Positions 51,566 through 62,264 of a DNA stretch of 64,000 bases are shown here, piece after piece (position 1 is the stretch's first letter; each line of letters starts with the position of its first letter). The DNA is from Dicyema japonicum (taxonomy: Eukaryota > Animalia > Dicyemida). Made by a program: the position numbers and the translations under genes. The notes below the pieces were generated by a model, which did not search any database, was not told the origin of the DNA, and saw only the letters and a program-made list of their open reading frames with translations. The stretch spans positions 665,837-729,836 of the forward strand of contig RDEW01000010.1 in assembly GCA_011109175.1 (NCBI GenBank), in the 5' to 3' direction.

Positions 51566-51821
51566 ATTTGGAATATGTGATTTTCATTATAAACGCCTTT
51601 TATAATATATTAGATCAGGAAACTTGATTGTGTAGTTTTTTTATTTAAAAACTTTTGTATTTTTTATTTATTTAATTTTTACCTTCTTTATTGGAAATTA
51701 GATAAACTAATCAAAAATCTTCAAGTACTCCTTCCCTTATATTTTTTTAATTTAAAGGAGAATCTTTCCATATTTTATTGATAAACTGAAACAAAAAACT
51801 TAGAAATGATCTCGAAGACAA

Positions 51822-51960
51822 TCGACGTTCGTTATTTATCTCTGTCCCTTCGAGTAAAAGAAACCGGTGGCTAAAAAGAATGTCATAGCCAAGAGCGGAC
51901 GCTCCCAGAAATCCGACAGGTATATTTGGTTTTGTAGACCCCGATATTCGACGAGGAATC
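51822..51960 (-). repeat. Family H tail (second copy at ~31980-32140)
   Basis: Shared TTATTTATC..GTCCCTTC.AGT..AGCG.ACGCTCC. Confidence 0.55.
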
Positions 51961-52379
51961 AAAATGTTGAAATATCAGTATTTGTAAAAGATAATTGATA
52001 TTAGATTAGATATAAAGCTAAAAATGAATTTTTCTTATTAATGATTGACACATGTAAATGCTGCAGTTTTGACGTATGTCAATTTGTCCGTAAGTTCAAT
52101 GAGACTTAAGTTAATTAAAAACACTGCCACGTTTCCAATAAACATGTAAATAAAAACAAATATTAAAAAAAAGAAACAAATCAGACGCAAGTTGCCAAGA
52201 AACAATGACCATTTTCGCAAACAAACAATTCTGAGACGTTCGCGTAACAACGTCGATCCAAAAAATTTTCCAATCTTACATAATATCTCGGAGATAACTC
52301 TGGTGACAGGCCTAGCCAGCATATAAATAATCATGGCTTTGTTTGCGTCATATTCCATAATGTACTTTTTGCTAGTTGA

Positions 52380-52870
52380 GACTCACAGACTCACACAAAT
52401 CAGTGAGGATCCAATTAGAAATAACGTAACCTCAAATCCTCAGAGCCAATGGGGAACAAAAAACCATTCTATTCCTCCTACTCAGTCACATTGTTGTATA
52501 GGGTGGTTCTTTTTCTCGGGTTTGCTGAATGTGCTTTGTGAAGACGTAGAACAGAACATTAGATCGTTTTCCTTCCTGGTCATCTTGCAATTGAAAGTAA
52601 ATGGAAGCAAAGTTTTGGAGCGACATGCTTACTGACGGATCACAAAGTAAACATCGTGGTAATCCAAGAAACAAAATTATCAAATTCAATGCATACACCA
52701 CGTTTCCCAAGCTATGTGATAGTCACAAAAGATCGGACAGGTTCTTAAGATTTAAAATTGGATTCTCATTCACGGATGTTTCCTATTGTTTCTCCGAATT
52801 GTGGAGGGCGAAGGAACATCGCTATCGGGTTCTCGTTCTCACATGCAGTATTACCTACATTCATGAATTT
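52380..52870 (+). mobile_element. Decayed 5' part of an Ingi/Vingi-like element (APE start)
   Basis: VILQLKVNG, HKVNIVVIQETKLS. Confidence 0.6.
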
Positions 52871-52959
52871 CTACATCAGTGGTTCTTAACCTTTTTTAAG
52901 TCAGCGCCTTCTTTGATACAATTTTGAAGCTTCAAAATTTCAGCGCCACCTTAAGATAA

Positions 52960-53230
52960 AATTTTTTTCAATTGCGGATTTATTTGCAAGGAAGTGAGCT
53001 TAATGAGCCAGCTCCATTCTCCCATATCATTTTTTTGGCGATGAGCGAGCCGATTCTGTTTAGCAGGACCAGTGACCTGTTTCATATGATTCCTGACGTT
53101 TCCACGCGACTGGTTCAAAAGTGAACTGTCCACCATGACATGTGTATTTCTTTAACTTTTGGGTCTCAACCTTCTCCAAAGCAGAGCTGGCTTAGTTGCT
53201 GTCGTTACATGGTTGAGGGAGAGAGGCTAT
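52960..53230 (-). mobile_element. CRE-like 3' remnant
   Basis: VETQKLKKY..QFTFEPVA..LLNRIGSLIA. Confidence 0.7.
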
Positions 53231-53309
53231 CAAGAAAAAAAGAAATAAAGAACACTGGGAAAAGTTAAAACTTTGACATTATAGGAATAGAACAATGAAA
53301 TATTAGCTG

Positions 53310-53480
53310 TCGACAAATATGAGGAAAATTGAGGAAATGCAAAAGAGGGCTTACAGAGTAACGGAGCCTTGGAATCGTGAAGATCACCGAACCGGATCTA
53401 CGCCTCTGGAGGCCCATATGAGACTATACTCCAGATCAAGGGAAGGTGGCCCTGAAAATTCAGCAGCCCTCCTGTACGAT
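53310..53480 (+). repeat. Family B fragment, 3'-truncated
   Basis: RKIEEMQKRAYRVTEPW..TPLEAHMRL. Confidence 0.75.
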
Positions 53481-54490
53481 ATGGAACTCGGTTAGATTTT
53501 TTAAGCCGATTTCATTCTTTAATCAAGGCCGTCTTCCCTCGACGAATTTAAGTAATGTTTGGTTATAGCCCTTGATCTTGCTTCCAAGATTATTTGGGTA
53601 AAGTAGCTGATGGCATTCTCCAGAGAACTGAAGCTACCCAAGTAACAATTCTTCATTTTATCTTCTGAGATTTCACGATACAATTTCCAGTTAGCACATT
53701 TGTAAGTGTAGCTGCTAGGAATTCCCCTCACGTTGGCCTCTCTTTTGATCTTCACCACAATTGGATTATGGTCGCTTCTTGTTTCGTAGAGGACTGACCA
53801 ATCAATTTTTGATAAAAGCGACGATGAGCAGAGTGTTGCGTCCAGTGAGGTAGGTTTATCTGTCTCTCTCAGTGGTGTCCTTGTATTTCTCGATGGATAC
53901 TTCAATATCGTTAGGGAGTCCGTTTGCGATAATAATAGTTTCCCTTTCATGTCAGCTAGTTGAGTTGACAGCCATGATGATCTCGTCGAGTGAAGACACT
54001 TGATAGGTTTGGCATAACATAACTCTTTGGACAGGAACCAGGAGGCTGAACGTAGATATTCACAAGGCATAGTCTTCTTTCCGTTGTCCAGAGCGAGATA
54101 CCAATTATTTCTGTTACATCATCATCCCCAACAAGTTTCCTCATTTCCGAGGAGATATCTCTGCATTTCAAGTTCTTTTTGAATAGAGTGAGCAGACCTC
54201 CATCTTTTTTACGGTCCTTCCTGATTGTTTGTATCCTGGGAATGTAGGGGTAGGGTCATTAAAAGAGAGTTTGGTCTCTTGAATCATCGCAACGTTAATC
54301 TTTTTACAAGCCAGGAGTGAGCGGAGTTCCCTGATTTTTCCTTTAATTCCATTTATGTTTAGCTGGAGAGTCGTAAAGTGCTTTTCTCTTCGATGGGCAG
54401 AAGATTTCCACCGGGAAGGTTCGATCTTCCGTAAAATGCATCGCCCGGGGACGAGAATGTCCCCAGGAGGATGGGGTTTATCGGATTAAA
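53480..54490 (-). mobile_element. Ingi/Vingi-like 5' fragment (APE domain)
   Basis: TTLQLNINGIKGKIREL..MIQET, LVNIYVQPP, TSLDATL, RSDHNPI, ANWKLY. Confidence 0.85.
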
Positions 54491-54690
54491 TAATTTAAAT
54501 AAAAAACAGATTTTTTTATATTTATTTAACACCCAAGACCACGGTAAAACCAAAACTAACTATCACGTGACGGTATAGATATAAATTTATTAGAAAAATA
54601 ATTTTTTTTATTTTAAATTTAAATTATTTTTTAATTTTTAAATAAAAGTTTTATAATCTAAAATTCGTTAATCTTATTAAATTTAAAATT

Positions 54691-56195
54691 ATGATGTATA
54701 AACTTTATGAGTATATAACACAAGTTTTTGCTAATTTAAACATGTAGATTTATGGAATTCAGTTTTATTCAAAATTTATTCTATTGACAGTGATATACAG
54801 AATAATATGCTTTAATTTGATTAAGAAAATTACTCCTCGTTACATTTTTAGCATTTCAGTTGGATTATTTTTTATTTTCGAGAATTTGGCATGTTGTTTT
54901 TTTAATTAGAATTAATAGAGAAGGATTGCACTTGCCGATTTACTCTCTGCTGATATATTTGATTATATTGTACTTCCCTCATAATAGGAAAGTCGCCTGC
55001 ACTTTTGTTACGTCGTTCATCTACTTGGAGGCGCTTCATTTCTCTAAAGCATGGACAAATTACCTAAGATTAGACAAGCCGGCATTGCTAAGTAAATATT
55101 AAAAATATTTAAGCATAATATGGTTGCTGTACAAAAAACAACAGCTCTGATAATGTCATACAACGATACTTACTACAACGATAAGGTTGAAGAAGAAAAT
55201 AAAAAATATGTCCTCAAGTTTTCTCATCTTTTATTTTAGGAAACCTCCGTCCTTTTTACAATTTATTGCTTACATTTTCAGCTTCCATGGAGCGTTAATG
55301 GGTCCCTTCTTTCACTTCAATGAATACATTGACTTCATCGAATCTGTCCAAGTAATCCCTTTTACTTTCACGTAAAGAAACCGAAATTTTGCTTAAAGGT
55401 TGTGTCAATCAAGTTGACCTCTTCATATGTCTTAGCAATTTTAATCAAATGGCTGTATGGTTACGCAAATCCGTGTGGATTCACGGTTTTAGTTTGTTTT
55501 TATTATGTAGGACAATCAACTAAAATAAATTCATTTTTTTCATTTTTTCGATATTATTTTTACATATATCTGTGCACTCTTACAGTCAGAATAGAGTACT
55601 ACTTTTTTTGGGTGTTATGTTAGCGTGTAGTTTATTTTAGCCGATGGTCTGTTTAATCTACTAGGATTTGGATACGATAAGGACAAAGACACGTGGTCGA
55701 TGACGACGAACGTGAATATTTTTGGTTTTGAGGTATTTTTAATGTCAAACTAAGTTCCCTACGTCAATTCAAAAAAGCTGTGTCTAGTTGGAACACGTGC
55801 ACAGTGAAATGGCTTAAGTATATAATATACAGTAGAAATATCCCGTATAAACGAATTATGCTGTTCCTGTTTTGTGCAGCCTGGCATGGAGTTTACCCAG
55901 GTTACTACATTTTTTTCATAAACTTGTATATGTTTATATGCAGTGCCATCAAAGTACAATATTATTTATCATGTGTAGATGTTTAAGTTCGCAAAACGAA
56001 AAAATATATCACCAGAATTGTCAGCAGCAGTGCAATCAATTTGGGCTTGGATTTCTCTTGGTTACATCTCTCTTCCATATGTTGTCCTAACACTAACAAA
56101 TACGTTTGAAATTTACTGGTAAGAAATATATTTATTGAAGGTCAATTGGTTTTTCGCTACATTTGGTAGCTTTAATACCCATTTTAGTACTTTAA
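54691..56195 (+). CDS. MBOAT-family lysophospholipid acyltransferase (MBOAT1/2-like), multi-exon
   Basis: PSFLQFIAYIFSFHGALMGPF, RIEYYFFW..ADGLFNLLGFG, SSWNTCTVKWLKYIIY, CAAWHGVYPGYY; tiny introns; one probable 1-nt deletion in the T-run near 54870; start codon tentative. Confidence 0.88.
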
Positions 56196-57138
56196 TTATG
56201 ATAAACTAATTAATAATAATTTTACCAATGAATTAATGATATCTGGTAGTTAGTAAAAATAACATAACGAAATAAGCAAACATAATTTTATAGGCAATTC
56301 AAAAAATAGTAATTTATGAGGCAAAATCAATGTAAGTTCATGGCCTGTTTAATGATCCTTTATTTTGTTGAAGTCTGTTAATAAGCTCTCGTTTTCTAAA
56401 AATACGTTCCATCTAATTTGCGCTTCATAAATAAAGAAAAATATATTATTCACTGAATCAATTATTTCAATGAAAAACCTTAAGCAGGGAAAAAGTTCAT
56501 TTATTTTTTATGTTATTTTATTGCTTCGACAAATAGTAACTTTCAATACCAACTTAAACAATCACCAGCCCCATGCAACCTAAAATAAAAACAAACATGA
56601 AATAGTGTTTCGTATTAGATGTTTCACGGTTTTAAGATGTGTATCAACGTATTATTTTTTATCACAGTTAACAATAGAACGTTTTTGACAAAATAGTTCC
56701 GCATCTAAGTTAACTATAAACTCTGAATATTTATTGACATAAAATATGCTTTATATATTCGTGACCCTAGACCCATCAATCAACGAGAATAATAAACACA
56801 TGTCGAGTATTTATTTATTTAGTTTATTTTTGAAAAAAAAACTAAATTAATTATTTAATTATTTTTATCAAATTCAAAACTTCTGTTAAATTAAATTAAA
56901 AAATTAATTACATTAAATTAAAAACTTCTGTGCATTTTTATTAAATAGCATTAGCAAACGTGATTAATAATAATCGAAACATTTAATGATTAAATTACAA
57001 TAAATGTGATAAGTAAAGCATTTGTCACATTTTGGAAAAAAATCTTTTTAAATAAGATTTTTAATTTAATTTTTTATTAATCAAAAAAGAATAAAGATTA
57101 ACGAAACTAAAATTAATTTTCCTGTCTTTCATTTGAAT

Positions 57139-57471
57139 TCAATGATGGTGAATCACTTTCAACTGTTGATTCAACGTCTTCTTCAGATAATGGTGAATCA
57201 CTAAAAATAACATATTTTTGTGATACTTTTGATCATCATAGAACGGTACTTCGAAATAAATTGGAGCAGATTCCGACTCTAATATATAACTCCACGTTAG
57301 TTCATCATAATTAACACTATTAATAATGAAATATAGTACTTTTCTTCTAATGGATAAATTTCTGGTGGTGTAACATCGTATGCTAAAATTTAGTAAAAAT
57401 AATATACAATTGCATTGGCAAAAGATCATTTTGTTAAAGCACGAAGAACAATAACTGTCTTTATAAGTCAT
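57139..57471 (-). CDS. Unidentified 110-aa ORF or exon(s) in very AT-rich DNA
   Basis: Open frame with CSSC..CQCNC; no recognisable homology. Confidence 0.3.
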   Translation of the reverse strand: MTYKDSYCSSCFNKMIFCQCNCILFLLNFSIRCYTTRNLSIRRKVLYFIINSVNYDELTWSYILESESAPIYFEVPFYDDQKYHKNMLFLVIHHYLKKTLNQQLKVIHHH

Positions 57472-58408
57472 CTAGAAATTAATTTTATTATTTTTTAAGC
57501 TAAGATATTAATACAACCTGTTTGTTGATAATATTTGACTATGAAATTTTCAACGCTTTTTATATCAGATACCGTTTATCGCTGATAAATATTATTTTGG
57601 AAATAACTAACCACCAATTTGTAAAAAAAATATTTATTGTAAGTTCAATAAGTAACCATTGCAAAAGATAATTTAAAGGATTTACGTATTATTTAAATAT
57701 TCAAATTCATTCAGGTTTTGAGTTAAAAAATGATAATAAACAAATGGTTCTGAAGAATTTTAAAAAGAAAAAATATAAATAAACTTTGTTTTTATTCTTT
57801 AAAATTAAAAATGGAATTTTTTATATTTTTATTTTAAGATTATGAATATGATAATCATTTAGATTAAAAAGATTACATTTAATTGTGATAAAATTAAAAA
57901 CTTTTGATACAAACTATTTTAAGTGAAAATAAAATCAAAGTCTTTTATAACAAATCATGTTCCAGCTGCTAAGATACAGTGGGAATTCACTTGGACGATG
58001 GCCATTCCTAAGCGAAGTAAAATAATATTTTTTAAGCATTATTATATTTAAGTATCTCAATAAAGAACAAACTGTTTAACCATAAAAGCAAAATTAAAGT
58101 TAATATTTTAAGCTAATTGTACGAATTATCGATCTTATTTTCTTCAACAATAATTTATTTACCTAGATAAATCGAACCTTCAATTATTCAATGAAATATA
58201 AATCTTATTGTCTTAAATTATTATAGTTGAATGTGGAAATCACTAATTTTTACTGAAAATAAATTGAAATATAGATAGTTATTTTGTATTCTTTGTGTCT
58301 TAAATTTAAAGTATTAATATTTCGTTTTCATCAAATCGATGAAACTTTCAATCTGGATTGTATTATCTTATATGATCTCGTTGATTCTGCGGTCTATCTT
58401 TAATTTCC

Positions 58409-60150
58409 TAGTATCAATAAGTCATGTTCAAAACCTCATTACAAACTCAAGAAACTCATTAGCCACGGGACCCGATCGGATCAGCATATTCCACCTAAAA
58501 CACCTCGGTCCAAACGGGCTCTTGGCACTTAAAGATATCTACAAATTCTCCATCAACAGGTGTTTCATCCCGATGTTATGGAAGAAGTCGAACATTATCC
58601 CAATACTCAAGAACAACAAAGCCTCCTCCTTGCCCTCTTCGTTCAGGCCAATTTCCTTAACATCTGTTGTCTCAAAAATCCTCGAAAGGATCATTCTTAA
58701 CGAAATCACCCCCTACCTCGACCTCTCCGACTCACAACATGGTTTCCGTCCTTTACACTCGACCACCACGCACTTACTGACACTAACCCAATACATCTCC
58801 AACGGTTTCAACAACTGCAAACCCCCGGAACGAACTGTCTTGGCCTCTATTGACCTAACTAAAGCTTTCGACAGAATCTCCCGTGTGGTCCTCTGCAACA
58901 AGATCTATTCTTCAAATATTCCCTCTGTATGGAAGTCATGGCTCACAAATTTCCTCTCGGGAAGACTGGGTCATACGTGTCTATATTCAAATCTATCAAG
59001 ATATCGACTCCTACCAAACGGTGTTCCCCAGGGATCAGTCCTTTCACCCTCACTTTTCAACCTTTACGTCAAAGACATCCCAACAACCCAAAATACGTTA
59101 CTATTGACATATGCCGATGATCTAGTAATCGCATCCAGGAGTGGCGATGTTCGACTGGCCACCGAAAAAGTGCAGTACCACCTGAACTTGCTATCCGACT
59201 GGATGAACTTAAACTGGATGAGTGTTTCCACCTCGAAGTCATCAGCTACCCTGTTCACAACCGATCGAAGACAATTCAACCTAAACCCCACACTCTCGTT
59301 GGGTGACGAACCACTCCCCTTAAATAAATACCCGAAGATCCTTGGAGTTGTCTTCGATCCTTCACTCTGTTTCAACAGACAAGTGGAGGAAGTAATGACA
59401 AAAGCCAAGCGGAAACTTAACATATTACGGGCAGTAGCTGGCCACTCAAACGGTCAGCAAAAAGAAAACTTAACTCTTCTCTACAAACAGTTCATCAGGA
59501 CTACACTCAACTACGCCTCACCAAGTTGGGCCCCCTCAATCTCCTTGTCCCTTTCTCAAGAACTGCAGAAAGTGCAAAACTCGGCGCTGAGAATAATAAC
59601 TGGCTTTAAAGTCAACCCCCACCGACCATTTACATTGGGAGTCGAAAATCCTCCCGCTCTATGACCACCTGGAAATGCGTAATTTACAATTCCTACGGCA
59701 GTCGTTCGACCCGAATCACCCAGTTCACGCTTGCTAAGTAACAATAACCGCAGATACATACGCAGGACCCTCTTTGACCTACAAAGAGCCTTGTCGAAGA
59801 TCACCCCCCCTCAAGAAGACTCAACTTGGACCCGCCGAATCCATGATTTCATCTCAACACGGGCCATTAGGACACTTCAATATAACAAAGTCTTGGAGCG
59901 CTTCTCCCCTGATATCAGTCCAACGGAACAATCGCTCCCGAGGAAGATCAGAATCGGACTGGCTCGCCTACGATGTGGACACTACCCTTTTCTGGCTGGC
60001 AGAGTAGTTCGGGACCTTTTTCCCTGCCCTGGACCACCGGATGCAAAGGTCGAGGATCTCTGGGAGCGGCCTGTCCGGACTGCACGCTCTCTGATGGTCG
60101 CCGGCTTCCACTTGCTGGCGAAGCCGGGGTTAATAATTTAATTTATTTAA
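58409..60150 (+). mobile_element. 5'-truncated Vingi-like non-LTR element with intact RT core, flanked by an 83/84-bp direct repeat
   Basis: ATGPD, FRPISLTS, QHGFR, IDLTKAFD, GVPQGSVLSP, YADD, KILGVVFD, YASPSW, LARLRCGH, DLWERP; flanks 58326-58408 and 60151-60234. Confidence 0.93.
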
Positions 60151-60714
60151 TTTCATCAAATCGATGAAACTTTTCAACCTGGATCGTATTATCTTATATG
60201 ATCTCGTTGATTCTGCGGTCTATCTTTAATTTCCCATTTTTTTTAATAAATTTCATGTATTTAACATAATATTATTTTAAATTCACTAGATGTTGTCATA
60301 TTTTTTAGATTTAGAGAATTACTGCTATTAGGTCAGAATCAAATTCTTTTTATTAAATTTTTATTTTTTATTATAATTGCACAGGTAGAAAAGAGAAAAT
60401 ATCAAATCTAACTAAGTGATCCAAGACAGAAAAGAGGAAGATCTAAAACCGTCGTAAAAAGGACATCTTGACTGTTCTCATAACGGTGCTCAGAATATTT
60501 TTTTAGGTATTTCTTTTTATTTTAATGATATTCTTAAAAAATTTCTAGTTAAATCTATATAATTCAATTCTAGTTGAAATATACGACTCTTTCCCTCTAA
60601 ATAAGGTGGTTAGAACTAAACTCAAACCAGACATTTATCCATAAAACTCATTATTAAGATTCCCAAGGGGGCTTCTATATCGTGAGAGACAGCTCATACA
60701 AGTATAATAAAGAA

Positions 60715-61040
60715 GGTTAAGCAAATCCTGGTAGATTCACAGTTTTAGTTTGTTTTAATTCGAAGAACAATCAACATAAATAAATTTATTTTTTCACTAT
60801 TATTTTTTACACTTAATTTGTGAATTATTAAAGTCAGAATTGAGTATTACTTTTTCTGAGTGTTATGTATAGCCTTTAGTTTCTTTAGCCATGCCTTTGT
60901 TTAATCGAATAAGGTTTGGATACGATGAGGACAAAGACAAATGGTTGATGTAGTTGGCATTTCGTATAAAATAGTAATTTATTAAGCAAACCAATCAAGT
61001 GATCGTTTAATGTTTTTCATTTTCTAGAATCTGCTTGTCT
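60715..61040 (+). pseudogene. Decayed partial duplicate of the MBOAT gene and its 3' flank
   Basis: 60715-60950 colinear with 55460-55700, including intron positions, but with stops (e.g. W codon as TGA in YYFF*VL). Confidence 0.8.
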
Positions 61041-62014
61041 TTTCTAAAAAAATATGATTTTTACTATCCTGTTTTGGTTAGAATCTGAAATACCATCTAA
61101 AATTCAAATACACATTTTATCGAACAAAATATAAATTAGCAATAACCCAATAATCCAGTTTATCTCTATAAATTAAAATATTATAAATTATTAATAATAT
61201 ACATTAAGTTGCCACATTTTAGCCAACATCTTTCCATTTCATTGAATTAAATAGCAAATTTATTTTAACTCAATTTTTAAACCTAAACTAAAGAAAATCA
61301 AATAATAATTCTATACAAGAATTTTCGATTGATGGGAAATTTAATTTTTTGACCTTTGCTCTAAGCATTCTTCATATATCGACTATTTTGTCGAACGACT
61401 TTGGATTTATCACATTGAGGTTAATTCTAATCTTTAATCAGATTTTATGTGGTTATGGTAGTGTTTGATTTTTCTTGTGATAAGCTAAGGATAGGAAAAA
61501 GCACTATAAGTTGAAGACAACTAAGAGACCCTAAATAAATATGACAAATCATCAAACGGACCGAGATAATCTTTTACAAGCGTGTAAATTATAATTCCAT
61601 ATTCCTTGTTTCTGAATAATAAAAGTACCCTTGACATCATCATTAACTGGCACAACAAATCATGTCTTTTACATGAATTAAACTCTTCCAGTAGTTTAAC
61701 ACTAGGATTATGCCTGTTTTATGTTACATCGCACCATGCGATGTACAGATCTTCAAAAGATTGAAAGAGTAGAATTCTGTTCAGTCTATGAATCGGTCGA
61801 GTCCTGGAATGTTGTTCTATTTACTTCGAAAACAATAACAACGCGAGCTAAAGAATCTAAGAAAACAAATAATTAACTGGATAGTCGTAACGAAATTTAA
61901 AATACCAAAATTTATAAGAATTCTAATTCTTGTTGTTCCGAAATTCTATCCTAAAATAAATTTTCTGAAAATTCGAATCAAACCGGTTCACAAAGAAATT
62001 TATGTACCTGTTCT

Positions 62015-62263
62015 CTCTAATTTGCGCTTCATAAATAATAAGAAAAATATATTATTCACTTAATCAATTATTTCAATGAAAAAACCTTAAGCAGGGAAAA
62101 AGTTCATTTATTTTTTTATGTCATTTTATTGCTTCGACAAAAGTAACTTTCAATACCAACTTAAGCAATCACCGGCTCATGCAACCTAAATAAAAACAAA
62201 CATTAAATAGTGTTTCCTTTAAGATGTTTCACGGTTTTAAGATGTGTATCAACATTATTTTTT
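62015..62263 (+). repeat. Duplicate of 56412-56660
   Basis: Near-identical non-coding block CTAATTTGCGCTTCATAAAT...GATGTGTATCAAC. Confidence 0.9.
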
Positions 62264-62264
62264 A

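Noticed and set aside
54400-54490. HDV-like ribozyme at the 5' end of the Ingi-like fragment
   Set aside because: A strong hairpin (CCTGGGGAC/GTCCCCGGG) is present, but I could not assemble the nested double pseudoknot by eye; needs a motif search.
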